Source: Anthoceros angustus
Lineage: Eukaryota; Plantae; Anthocerotophyta
NCBI GenBank assembly: GCA_010909165.1
Contig: MU008160.1
Location: forward strand, 434,001 to 498,000
Length of the DNA: 64,000 nt
Direction: 5' to 3'
Numbering within the stretch: the stretch's first letter is position 1; every line of letters begins with the position of its first letter. Shown piece by piece: positions 13,801-25,949 of the stretch. The notes beneath the pieces were generated by a model that worked only from the letters and a program-made list of their open reading frames with translations, ran no database searches and was not told where the DNA came from. A program made the position numbers and the translations under genes.

Positions 13801-14890
13801 AACAGCAACAGAGGTTGTTCCTATACTTCGCACTGAAAGTGCTGGAGACAAGCCGGTAGCAGATGGAGTTGAGAGGTTGTGGGTCAAGGATGGTCAAAGG
13901 ACCGGGTTCTCGCGCCTTGCATGAGGAGGAGGAGGCCGGAGGTCACTATCGCCAACGTGACCTGAAGAAGATCTTGGAGGCGGGGTATTGGTGGCCAACC
14001 TTGCACGCCGATGCTAGGGAGTTCATCAAGCGTTGTGATGCATGTCAAAGGGTTGGGAAGCCAACCAGGACCACATAGCGGCCATTGGTCCCTATCCTAG
14101 CCTTGGCGCCTTTGAGAAGTGGGGATTGACGTTGGGCGATTGACCAAGACCAAGGGCAGAATCAATATATTCGTAGCAACGAACCACTGCCAGATGTTGG
14201 AAGCTCAAGCCTTGCCCGTGGACACGCAGATGTATGTGTTCTGTTGAGCACATCATCACAAGGTATGGGTGCTGAACCGGTTAGCTGGAGTACCCATTTC
14301 ATCAACGAGGTGATCTCACACATGGTGGAGTACTTCAACGTCAGCCACGGAAGACCACCCCTACAACCCCAAGGCGAATGGACTCACGGAGAAAGCTAAT
14401 GGGTTGCTTTGGTGATCCTCAACAAGTTGATCATCACCTACACCTACGATTGGGACGGAAGCTTCACTCGTTGTGGGCGTGCAGGATAGCGAGAAGGTGA
14501 CCACACAGACCCCTACTACCTCACCTATGGGCACTCACCATGCCCATTGAGTTTGAAGTGCCAACGTTGAGAGTCCAGAGCATAAGAGGATGACGGTGGA
14601 GGAGAGCCGCTTGAGAGGCTCATAGGCTTTGTTCATGAGAATAGGGAACAAGCCTTTGGTACCCCTGTAACGCCCAAGAGAAGAGGAAGGAACACACCTA
14701 AGTTGCAAAAACAAGAGTACGTTGTTCGGGACTTGGCGTTCTTGTATGACAACAGTACATGCACTTCCACAGGCTGCATCTTAGATGGATGGGTCTCGTA
14801 AGTGTTCAACAAAGGATCCATACACCGCGCAACTTGATGGACCCTCGCCAACCAGGGTCAATGGTTGGCGTGAAGAAGTATTACCAATAA
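10813..14890 (+). pseudogene. gag-protease-integrase, frameshifted, no RT or RNase H (copy 2)
   Basis: ORF pieces: DGSGVNIMTEGIARKLGL (protease), HFPDEAFL...YEEVFQFLATGQIP (linker), LHEEEEAGGH...GYWWPTLHADAREFIKRCDACQRVG (IN zinc finger), WGID...NGLTEKAN core, ends KKYYQ*. Confidence 0.88.
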
Positions 14891-14923
14891 GTTGGCGGGA
14901 CGCCAACAAATGAGAAGGGAGTA

Positions 14924-16120
14924 TGTGGTGACCACATGGGTACTGCACCCCTAAAAGGAGTGTTTTTGTTTTGTGTTTAAGTTGTGAGAATCGTGTGGAG
15001 TTGGAATGTGAAGTAGGTTAGGAAATAAGAAAAGTCTACTAGAGCCTAGTAGGAGGAAGAGAGTCTAGTCCCGATCCCGGATGTAACCTTGGAGGGTTGG
15101 CTGCTCGGTTGCTAACGCGTTGCTAGGGCCGTTGCTACAGGACTGCTATGACAACAACCGACTCGAGCTGCTATGGTAGCAACCAAGTCGGAGTTATTTT
15201 CCGATAAATGGAAACCTATTTGGGCGAAATCACAGGAAATACCCGAACGGGAAGTAATGGGGAACATGGAGGTACTTGATCCATGCCCACGGGCAATCGG
15301 ATCCTACCTATGGGTTGGACTCTTATGGAGGAGACTTTCACCGACCCATCCAGGATTCAAGAGCTCACCGAGGAGGAGTACAGCTATCTGCGAGCACAAG
15401 AGAGGGAGGAGTCCATGAGGAGGTGGAGATTTTGTGGGAGAGTTTGCCCAACCAGCCAAGAGGAGGAGAGCAAGAGGAAAGCATGGGGATGGGCCTAGGA
15501 GGCCTAGGAGAGATAATAGGGTAAGTGACCAAATAGTCAGACCCATGTGCTATAGAGATATCGTAAATCTTATCTTCTCTCTTAGTGATGTAATTAAGAG
15601 ATAGGCCTCTAGGACCTGGTAGGCTAAGACGATTGGTATTTTTGGCAAGCCAAGCTACTTTTGTATGATCTTGGGTATAAGAGGCCCTCTTGATGAAATG
15701 TAAGCAATGTTGGTTTAAGGTCTTGGTGTTTGGTGAGCACGGGGTTTGGGGGTACCAGATCCAAATAGGTCATGTTCAGTCTTACAATCCGCTTTGTCAC
15801 AGGAGAAGCCAAGAAGACCACCAAGTTGCCTAGATCCGTGTGGCCGATCCGCAAGGGTGGTGGAAAGCAAGGGAGGGAGCCTTGAGGTCTCCTTGAGGGA
15901 GTTTCCAAGGTCAAGAGGAAGGGGTTGTGAAGCCGGGAGGCTGTCGGACTCTTCCTCATTCCCTTCAACTAGTCTAGTACTCACCTTGTGTTTTGAGTTT
16001 TCGGTGTGTTGGAGGTCGGGTGTTTGGGAGAAGAGAGGGCGGGAGCCCGTGTGTGAGAGAAGACAAGGCGGGAGCCTGTGTGTGGAGGAGAAGTCAAGGA
16101 AAGTCAAGTGAGTTGGAGGC
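14924..16120 (+). repeat. LTR3, 3'-truncated
   Basis: LTR start after PPT; switches into integrase 3' sequence at TTGGAGGC (~16113-16120). Confidence 0.85.
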
Positions 16121-16420
16121 TCATAGGCTTTGTTCACATGGAGGAGAACAAGCCTTGGCGGTCCTGAGCGTCAAGAGGAAGGAATGGCATGGGAAGTTGC
16201 AAAAACAAGAGTACGTTGTTCGGGACTTGGCGTTCTTGTATGACAACAGTACATGCACTTCCACAGCGTGCATCTTAGATGGATGGGTCCCTACAGGTGC
16301 AAGTGTTCGACAATGGATCCATACACAAGCAACAGTGGATGTTGCCAACCGGGGTCAATGGTTGGCGTGAAGAAGTATTACCAATAAGTTGGCGGGACGC
16401 CAACAAATGAGAAGGGAGTA
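16121..16420 (+). pseudogene. Duplicated integrase C-terminal fragment plus PPT
   Basis: Matches 8110-8408 and 14620-14923 (KLQKQEYVVRDLAFLYDN). Confidence 0.85.
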
Positions 16421-17932
16421 TGTGGTGACCACATGGGTACTCGACCCCTGAAAAGGAGTGTTTTTGTTTTGTGTTTAAGTTGTGAGAATCGTGTGGAGTT
16501 GGAATGTGAAGTAGGTTAGGAAATAAGAAAAGTCTACTAGAGCCTAGTAGGAGGAAGAGAGTCTAGTCCCGATCCCGGAACCTTGGAGGGTTGGCTGCTC
16601 CCGTTGCTAACGCGTTGCTAGGGCCGTTGCTACAGGACTGTTGCTATGACAACAACCGACGGAGCCCGCTATGGTAGCAACCAAGTCGGAGTTATTTTCC
16701 GATAAATTCGGAAACCTATTTAAATCACAGGAAATACCCGAACAGAACATGGAGGTACTTGATCCATGCCTTGAGCCTGGATCCTACCTATGGGTTGGAC
16801 TCTTATGGAGGAGACTTTCACCACCCATCCAGGATTCAAGAGCTCACCGAGGAGGAGTACAGGCTATGCGAGCACAAGAGAGGAGGAGTCCATGGAGGTG
16901 GAGATTTTGTGGGAGAGTTTGCCCAACCAGCCAAGAGGGAGGAGAGAGCATGGGGATGGAGGCCTAGGAGGCCTAGGAGAGATAATAGGGGTAAGTGACC
17001 CTGAAATAGCTGTAGGCCCATGTGCTATAGATAGACTGTAAATCTTATCTTCTCTCTTAGTGGACAGAATTAAGAGATAGGCCTCTAGGACTGGTAGGCT
17101 AAGACTGATTGGTATTTTTGGCAAGCAGCCAAGCTACTTTTGTGGGCTGATCTTGGGTATAAGAGGCAGCCCCTCTTGATGAAATGTAAGCAATGTTGGT
17201 TTAAGGTCTTGGTGTTTGGGGCTGAGCACGGGGTTTGGGGGTACCAGATCCAGTGCTGTAAGTCTAGACACTGTTTCTTTGTCACAGGAGAAGCCAAGAA
17301 GACCACCAAGTTGCCTAGATCTGTGTGGCCAGATCCGCAAGGGTGGTGGAAAGCAAGGGGAGGGAGCCTTGAGGTCTCCTTGGAGGAGTTTCAAGGTCAA
17401 GAGGAAGGGGTTGTGAAGCCGGGAGGCTGTCCACTCTTCCTCATTCCCTTCAACTAGTCTAGTACTCACCTTGTGTTTTGAGTTTTCGTGTGTTGGAGGT
17501 CGGGTGTTTGGGAGAAGAGAGGCGGGAGCCCGTGTGTGAGAAGACAAGGCGGGAGCCTGTGTGTGGAGGAGAAGTCAAGGAAAGTCAAGTGAGTTGGAGG
17601 CCCGTGGGCTTGTGTGTTTGGAAAATGAGAGGAAAAGTGAACTGAGAGAAGTGGAGAATCTGGACATGGAGAGTTGCTGATTGGCTGTTTGAGAGGAGTA
17701 AGAAGGACTGGAGAAGTCTGTAAGTGATGTTTGTGTTGAAGAAGAGAGGGAGGAGTCCATGAGGAGGTTAAAGATCCCGTGGGTGGATGAGACGGAATGA
17801 TTGCGGAAGGTAACTGAACAAGTATTTTGAGAGTTGGTGAAGTGTAAGGGCCTGGATGAGAACCTTGTAAGGACTGGAGAGGTCTTGTGGTCTGTGAAAG
17901 TGGAGATTGAATGGGGCGGTGAGGTGTGAGAA
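16421..17932 (+). repeat. LTR4, 3'-truncated
   Basis: LTR start after PPT; jumps back to about LTR position +55 at TGTGAGAA (17925-17932). Confidence 0.85.
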
Positions 17933-20045
17933 TCGTGTGGAGTTGGAATGTGAAGTAGGTTAGGAAATAAGAAAAGTCTACTAGAGCCTAGTAGGAGGAA
18001 GAGAGTCTAGTCCCGATCCCGGATGTAACCTTGAGGGCTCGCCGAATCGTTGCTGCTGGCCGTCATGACTGGACCACATGACAACAACCGACGGAGCCCG
18101 CTATGGTAGCAACCAAGTCGGAGTTATTTTCCGATAAATTCGGAAACCTATTTGGGCGAAATCACAGGAAATACCCGAACGGGAAGTAATGGGGAACATG
18201 GAGGTACTTGATCCATGCCTTGACGCACCTGATCCTACCTATGGGTTGGACTCTTATGGAGGAGACTTTCACCACCCATCCAGGATTCAAGAGCTCACCG
18301 AGGAGGAGTACTGTGCTATGTCAAGTGAAAGCACAAGAGAGGGAGGAGTCCATGAGGAGGTGGAGATTTTGTGGGGAGAGTTTGCCCAACCAGCCAAGAG
18401 GGAGGAGAGCAAGAGGAAAGCATGGGGATAGGAGGCCTAGGAGGCCTAGGAGAGATAATAGGTACTCAAATAGTCAGACCCCCATAGATAGATCAGAATC
18501 TTATCTTCTTAGTGATGTAATTAAGAGATAGGCCTCTAGGACTGGTAGGCTAAGACCGATTGGTATTTTTGGCAAGCGGCCAAGCTACTTTGTGGGTCGA
18601 TCTTGGGTATAAGAGGCAGCCCTCTTGATGAAATGTAAGCAATGTTGGTTTAAGGTCTTGGTGTTTGGGGTGAGCACGGGGTTTGATCCAAAGGTGTAAG
18701 TCTAGACAATCGCTTTGTCATGTGAGAAGCCAAGAAGACCACTGCCTAGATCCGTGGCCGATCCGCAAGGGTGGTGGAAAGCAAGGAGGGAGCCTTGAGG
18801 TCTCCTTGAGGGAGTTTCCAAGGTCAAGAGGAAGGGGTTGTGAAGCCGGGAGGCAGACTCTTCCTCATTCCCTTCAGCCTAGTCTAGTACTCACCTTGTG
18901 TTTTGAGTTTCAGTGTGTTGGAGGTCGGGTGTTTGGGAGAAGAGAGGGCGGGAGCCCGTGTGTGAGGAGAAGACAAGGCGGGAGCCTGTGTGTGGAGGAG
19001 AAGTCAAGGAAAAGTCAAGTGAGTTGGAGGCCCGTGGGCTTGTGTGTTTGGAAAATGAGAGGAAAAGTGAACTGTGAGAGAAGTGGAGAATACCGGACAT
19101 GGAGAGTTGCTGATTGGCTGTTTGAGAGGAGTAAGAAGGACTGAGAAGTCTAAGTGATGTTTGTGTTGAAGAAGAGAGTCAGGAGTGGAGGTTGAAGATC
19201 CCGTGAGTGGATGAGACGGAATGATGGGAGGTAGAACAAGTATTTTGAGAGTTGGTGAAGTGCTGTAAGGGCCTGGATGAGAACCTTGTAAGGACTGGAG
19301 AGGTGCCGTGGAGTCTGGAAAGTGGAGATTGAATGGGCAAGAGGTGTGAGAACAAGGAGAGTTGAAGAGTTCTTTGGGGAGACTTGGAGAGTGTGGGGAG
19401 GATCAAGCGAGAGGCACCTCAAGGGGCTGTGAGAGCCTGGAGAGGTCTGTATGGAGCTTGGAAGGTGAGCTGAAAGGCTGGAGGAGAGACAAGGAAGTCA
19501 AGAAGTGTTGCAAGAGAAAGGGGTAGTTTGTGTGAGCTGCAACCCTTTATGCTATGAGTTGTCCTAGGTTTAGGTTTAGAGATTAGGGTTAGGGCCGGCT
19601 GCTTAGGTTGTCCATAAATAGTGTGTGGAAAAGGTGACACGTGGCTAACTCTGATTGGTGGATCTAACTTTGTGGATAGATAAGAGAGAGGGTGTCCAAC
19701 CTTATCCACTTGGATCCCCAAGTGGGTCCCACCCTTCTATTAATAGCCAGACCTGATCCCAAGGTGGACCCCACTCTGCTAAAAATAGAGGGTGGTTGCT
19801 AAGATAGCAATTGGTCCGTGCTAAGGTAGCAAGCAAGCGTGGCTAAGATAGCTGTGTCCGAGTGTTGTTAGGATAGCCCGGTCTCAGAATGCTAGATGTT
19901 TGGTGTCCGTGGTTTGGTTGGATTGGCTATGTTTTGGTTGTCTTGACACGAAATCACTCCCTTGGGTACGAATCTCAAGTCTACAACGATAAAGAGGGTA
20001 AATGTGGCCTCTTTGTGACCACTTGGTTTAGAAAATCACTCCACA
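17925..20045 (+). repeat. LTR5 (lacks first ~55 nt), right end of the array
   Basis: Ends CACTCCACA and is followed by non-PBS flanking sequence. Confidence 0.88.
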
Positions 20046-21029
20046 TGCGCATTCGGCGGGTGCAATACACGAACAGAACACTGATGTACATGTGGCACAT
20101 GGACTGTGAGTGTGCGGAACTTGGAGCACATGGTGGTCAACCGAGTCGCGAAGACAACGCACAAAGAAGCTAACGTGCGAGTGGCCGCAGGCACGACAAG
20201 ATGTACATGTTCCACTCGTGCACGCCGCCATAGATGGGGCCACGCACTACATAACGCGGCGGCCGGGAGGACAATAAGCGGGCGGGAACAATCTACAAAG
20301 GCGTACACGGAGGTGGTGCGGAGGTTTGGGCACCCGCACGATTCGATCTCGACCATGGAGCACATGGTGGTCGGAGTAGCCAATGGCAGCAGCCACGCAA
20401 GCTAGGTCGAGTGTTGTCTTTGCGGCGTCACGACAAGATGTACATGTTCCACTTGAGTGCAGCCATAGATGGGGCCACGCACTACATAACGTGGGCGGTC
20501 TTTGGAGGACAAGCGGGCGGGAACAATCTACAAAGGCGTACACGGAGGTGGTGCGGAGGTTTGGGCACCGCGGATTCGGTCGATTTATGCGGAGCACAAC
20601 CTAGTTGAGGAGGACTGAACTGTGCGAGGTAGCGAGAGAATGGTAGGAACTTCATTCGGGGCCATCGTGCACAATCGTAAGGTGGATACCGGATGTCATG
20701 TGAAGGATTGTCGCATTGCTGTCAATGCGCCTCACAAGACTTCCGAGCCCGCGCTGCATATACGCGTGGGTGGTGGTGGGTACGGGGCAGTGAGGCGATC
20801 GAGCACCTGAGGCGCCTCAAGGAGAAGGGGCTCTGCATAAGAGGTACATGTTTGAGCTGCAGGATGCCTGTGAGTTGGATACCACGAACCCTTGGCACAT
20901 ACATTCCTTGCACGCAGATTCATGCCCACCATAAGGATGAAGAGCTGGACTTTCCTAGGTGTGGAACTTGCATGTGGTGAGGAAAATGAGGTCGAGACGA
21001 CATAGCTGGCCACGCCCGCTGGAGGCCTT
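20046..21029 (+). pseudogene. IS3/retroviral-integrase-like DDE transposase core, copy A, with an internal ~235 bp duplication
   Basis: Reconstructed across frames: RIRRVQY..MYMWHMD..HDKMYMF....AAIDGATHYITW..DNKRAGTIYKAYTEVVRRFGHP..IRSDF..HNLVEE..GPS(V)HNRKV.YR..HVK. Confidence 0.7.
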
Positions 21030-22236
21030 GAGGTCTCCTTGAGGGAGTTTCCAAGGTCAAGAGGAAGGGGTTGTGAAGCCGGGAGGCTGTCTGACTCTTC
21101 CTCATTCCTCTGCCTAGTCTAGTACTCACCTTGTGTTTTGAGTTTTGGAGGTCGGGTGTGGGAGAAGAGAGGGCGGGAGCCCGTGTGTGAGGAGAAGACA
21201 AGGCGGGAGCCTGTGTGTGGAGGAGAAGTCAAGGAAAAGTCAAGTGAGTTGGAGGCCCGTGGGCTTGTGTTTGGAAAATGAGAGGAAAAGTGAACTGTGA
21301 GAGAAGTGGAGAATCTGGACATGGAGAGTTGCTGATTGGCTGTTTGAGAGGAGTAAGAAGGACTGAGAAGTCTGTAAGTGATGTGTGTCAAGAAGAGAGC
21401 CGTGAGTGGAGGTTGAAGATCCCGTGAGTGGATGAGACGGAATGATGGGGGAGGTAGGCTGAACAAGTATTTTGAGAGTTGGTGAAGGGGTGGGCCTGAG
21501 AACCTTGTAAGGACTGGAGAGGTGCTGAGTCGTGAAAGTGGAGATTGAATGGGGCGGTGAGGTGTGAGAACAAGGAGAGTTGAAGAGAGAGTTGGGAGAC
21601 TTGGAGAGTGTGGGGAGGATCGAGAGGCACCTCAAGGGGCTGTGAGAGCTGGAGAGGTCTGTATGGAGCTTGGAAGGTGAGCCGCTGAGGAGAGACAAGG
21701 AAGTCAAGAAGTGCAAGAGAAAGGGGTAGTTTGTGTGAGCCGCAACCCTTTATGCCGTGAGTTGTCCTAGGTTTAGGTTTAGAGATTAGGGTTAGGGCTG
21801 CTTAGGTTGTCCATAAATAGTGTGTGGAAAAGGTGACACGTGGCTAACTCGATTGGTGGATCTAACTTTGTGGATAGATAAGAGAGAGGGTGTCCAACCT
21901 TATCCACTTGGATCCCCAAGTGGGTCCCACCTTCTATTAATAGCCAGACCTGATCCCAAGGTGGACCCCACTGCTAAAATAGAGGTGGTTGCTAAGATAG
22001 CAACTGGTCTCCTGCTAAGGTAGCAACGTGGTCGCGTAAGATAGCCATGTGTCCGAGTGTTGTTAGGATAGTAGCCTCGTCGCTAGATGTTTGGTGTGTC
22101 TGTGTTTGGTTGGATTGGCTATGTTTTGGTTGTCTTGACACGAAATCACTCCCTTGGGTACGAATCTCAAGTCTACAACGATAAGAGGGTAAATGTGGCC
22201 TCTTTGTGACCACTTGGTTTAGAAAATCACTCCACA
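21030..22236 (+). repeat. LTR 3' half, duplicated
   Basis: Repeats ~18800-20045; ends CACTCCACA followed by the same flank as 20046. Confidence 0.88.
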
Positions 22237-23350
22237 TGCGCATTCGGCGGTGCAATACACTAATGTAATGTACATGTGGCACATGGATCGTGAGTGCGGA
22301 ACTTGGAGCACATGGTGGTCGCCGCGAGTCCAAAGACAACGCATGCGGCTAACTGCGAAGCCGGCCGCAGCGACGACAAGATGTACATGTTCCACTTCGT
22401 GGTGCACGCGCCATAGATGGGGCCACGACTACATAACGTGGGCGGCCGGGAGGACAATAAGCGGGCGGGAACAATCTACAAAGGCGTACACGGAGGTGGT
22501 GCGGAGGTTTGGGCACCCGCAGCCGATCTCGATTTCAGCAGCACAACCTAGTTGAGGAGGACTGTAACTGCGAGGCCGAGAGAATGGTAGGAACTTCCCA
22601 TTCCTTACAACCGTAAGGTGGATACCGGATGTCATGTGAAGGGATTTGCCGTGATTCGCTTGCCGAATGCGCCTCACAGAGAATTTGGACGCCGAGCCTG
22701 CATATATCCATGCTGGTGGTGGTGGGTGGGTGCAGTGAGGCAACGATCGAGCACTGAGGGCGCGGAAGGGGCTCTGCATAAGAGGTACATGTTTGAGCCG
22801 CAGAGCCGTGAGTTGGATACCACGAACCCTTGGCACATACATTCCTTGCACGCAGATTCATGCCCACCATAAGGATGAGCGACTTTCGTTGGTGTGGAAC
22901 TTGCACAGTGGTGAGGAAAATGAGGTCGGAGACGATGACATAGCTGGCCACGCCCGCTGGAGGCCTTCCAGAGGAGGAGGCGGCCGGGCCCGGTAGGGCC
23001 CCGCTTATGGGGTAGACGAGGAGGACGACAACGACTACTATGTCCCCGACCACAAGACGCCAAGAACGTTGCACCGAGGTGGCACCGCCTCCGATTGATT
23101 GCTTGGTAAGTGAACGCCCCAAGACCGTCTCTAATGTGAACACCAGCTTGTCATGACGACAAAGGTTTTGTGTAGGACATGCAAGTGGCGAGGGACATGG
23201 CGACGAGGTGCTTGAAGTGTACAAATTACCTCCGGACATGTATCACTCTCGGAGACGATGCCTGTGTTAGTGGCATGTGCGACGGGATCCCTCTGGGAGA
23301 TGGTGTGGGAGTGGAATGCGTACTGCAGGCACGTGGACATGGAGAGCCCT
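22237..23350 (+). pseudogene. IS3/integrase-like DDE transposase core and C-terminus, copy B
   Basis: Same motifs as copy A without the internal duplication; continues to DDKGFV.DMQVARDMATRCLKC. Confidence 0.7.
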
Positions 23351-23399
23351 TAACCTCTTCGTAACGCTTTTCATATGAGGTGCGCTGGTGGCGCGGGGC

Positions 23400-25870
23400 G
23401 CGACGGGCGTGTAGTGTGTGGGGGAGACAATGAGACATGGATAGGAAGGCAACGAGGAGAGGCATCACCGCTAGGATAGAAACGCTGGGGGCCGAGGCCA
23501 CCGCGGCAGGACACACAGGGGCTCATGGAATAGCCTCAAAGAATCGGCCTCAAGGTCCAAATCCAAGTAAGGCATGGGCAGACATTCGCCGCAAGTTCTC
23601 CCCGACCTTCCGGAATGGTGGAGGAAATTGTGGAGATGCGTGTCGAATCACCTTGTGTAAACCGCATTCCCTTGAAGTGGAAAGAAATATCAAAGCGAAC
23701 CTGTGAAGAGCGAGTTATGCCACCCAAACACACAAAGAAGGCGGCTGTATGGGTCTAAGCAAGCGACGACATGGAAAGCTGGGGCAAAAGCCGGGGGTAG
23801 GGGTTGACAAGGCCAAGGGAGAATGGAAAAGCGGGCCAAAATGTAGGCACGAGGGAACACGATGCGTGGCGGCAAGCATGAACCGAGGGCCAAGTTGAAA
23901 AATGCGGGCACAGATATCTGGCCGAGTGGTGAGAATAAACCAACGAGGGAAGCGTCAAAATTTGGTCAAGTCAAAACTGTGGGAAGCGGGATCTGAAGAG
24001 ACCTACAAATCTAAACCGTAAAGGCCTCCTACATCAAGTCCTAACAAAACCCTTGCTCCACGGTGCCTAAAGCACATGACCAGCAGTCCTAACCCCCATG
24101 ATAACGCCCCGATGATGTAGAGAGGTCGCTCATCTCCTCCCACAAGACATGGTTGGCGTCGTCCAATTCGTAGAAGGCGTTGAGATGAAATCCGTGAGGG
24201 GGCGAGAAGGCCGAGGCCAGCCATGCACTGTGAGTCAAGCCGTCAGAGTGAAACTTGGCCATCCACACCTTGAAGTCCTCCGGTGACTCGGGTGCTTGGA
24301 CCGCGAGGCCTCACAGGATCGTTAGGACCCAATGGCCACCCATCAAAATGGGTATGCATGAAATAGTGCGCCCACTGGAAGGCACTCTCGCGATAGGAAG
24401 TCGAGTCCGGTCAAATACTGCGACCACGCCTCGCCTCAAAAGAACTTCAAGTCCAAGGGTTCATGTATGTATGAGGTGTGGTGGGTGGCGACGGGCGGCA
24501 TGTGGTGCAAGCGGGAGGCAATGAGACATGGATAGGGAAGGCGAGGAGGGCATCACGCGGTAGGATAAGCGTGAGGTGGAGGGGCCACAGCGTGGACACA
24601 TGGGGGGCTCATGGAATAGCCTCTGCGTCGACAACGGTTTCTCGCGGTCCGGCATGAGAGAGCATTCCAATGCAAGGTCATCGACCTTAGGGAATGGTGC
24701 ATGAAAATTGTGGAGATGCGTGTCGGAATCACCTTTGTGTGCCGCATTCCCTTGAAGTGGTGGCGGCTATCAAATCGGCGAACCTGTGAAGGCGAGTTCC
24801 ATGCGACCCAAATCACCGAAGAAGGCGGCTGTATGGGTTGTCAATTAATAAGCAAGCGTGGCACATGGAAAGCGGGGCAAAAGGGGGGGTTGACAAGGCC
24901 AAGGGAGAATGGAAGCGGGCCAAAATGTAGGCGAGGGAACCGATCGTGGCGGCAAGCATGAACCGAGGCCAAGTTGAAAAACGTGGCACGAGATATCGGC
25001 AGTGGTGAGAATAAACCAACGAGGAAGCGTCAAAATTTGGTCAAGTCAAAGCGTGGGAGCGGGATCAAGAGACCTACAAATCTAAACCGTAAAGGCCTCG
25101 TACATCAAGTCCTATCAAAACCCTGCTCCACGGTGCCTAAAGCACATGACCGATCCTAACCCCATGATCAATCCTCGATGATGTGAGGTCGTTCATCTCC
25201 TCCCACAAGACATGGTTGGCGTCGTCCAATTCGTAGAAGGCGTTGAGATGAAATCCGGGGAGGCGATAAGCGTCGAGGCCCGTGCGCACAGAGTCAAGCC
25301 GTCGGGTGAAACTTGGCCATCCACGCTTGAAGTCCTCCGGTGACTCGGGTGCTTGGACGCGAGGCCTCACGGTGATCGTTAGGACCCAATGGCCACCCAT
25401 CAAAATGGGTATGCATGAAATAGTGCGCTTCCGGAAGGCACTCTCGCGATAGGAAGTCGAGTCCGGTCAAATACACCACGTTCCTCGGCTCGAAAAGAAC
25501 TTGAAGTCAAGGGTAGTTCTCTATGTGGCGGATGAGGTCGTTGTGGTCCTCCGTGATGTCGCAAAAGCATCAAGCTCCCTCGAGGACAAAGGATGCATTG
25601 GCTTCTTGGGGTCATAAGACTTGTAAAACAACTCACTCCACATATTAGGATCGGGTGAGCTCGGAGGAGATCGTGGAACCCTCCTCCACCGCGCCCCACA
25701 CATGGGGTGGTCATAGTCAGGCCCCGCTGCATGTGAGGAGGAGAGGGTGGGCCAAGGCCCGCCATCCCGCCCACAACCACAAGAAGCCTACAATAATACC
25801 GCAGGGCACCAGTATCTCGTGTCGCCGCTTGCAAGAAATGAGCATCAAACACCGGCATCACCATGGGCAC
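23400..25870 (-). pseudogene. Unknown ORF2, convergent with the transposase; its 3' ~1.1 kb is tandemly duplicated
   Basis: Near-continuous protein-like frame: NMWSELFYKSYDPKKPMHPLSSRELDAFCDITEDHNDLIRHIENYP*LQVLFEPRNVVYLTGLDFLSRECL..AHYFMHTHFDGWPLG...GFHLNAFYELDDANHVLWEEM; 23380-24470 resembles 24471-25530. Confidence 0.55.
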
Positions 25871-25949
25871 GAAGAAATGGGGACGAGGTTAGTTGGAGCT
25901 TGGTGCGAGGATGGGGAGGACTGCTACCATGGCTGCCTCCTCCCTCAGC

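Larger units (their letters stand above)
1941..20045 (+). mobile_element. Tandem array of a Ty3/gypsy (Athila/OTA-like) LTR retrotransposon: LTR-int-LTR-int-partial LTR-IN fragment-partial LTR-LTR
   Basis: Repeated ~2.1 kb LTRs (TGTGGTGACC...CACTCCACA), PBS after LTR1 and LTR2, PPT GAGAAGGGAGTA before LTR2, LTR3 and LTR4, gag/protease/integrase motifs in two ~4.4 kb internal regions. Confidence 0.92.

Noticed and set aside
19566-19595. Interstitial telomere
   Set aside because: Only 2-4 degenerate units, and it is an integral part of each LTR.
1930-20050. Target-site duplication around the LTR array
   Set aside because: The right flank TGCGC is not cleanly present at the left, where the LTR1 start is garbled; it cannot be called.
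25380-25440. Ulp1/SUMO-protease-like ISCIPILMGGHWVLTI
   Set aside because: It lies in an alternative frame; the overlapping AHYFMHTHFDGW frame is the one that extends protein-like on both sides, and no downstream Asp/Cys catalytic motifs were seen.
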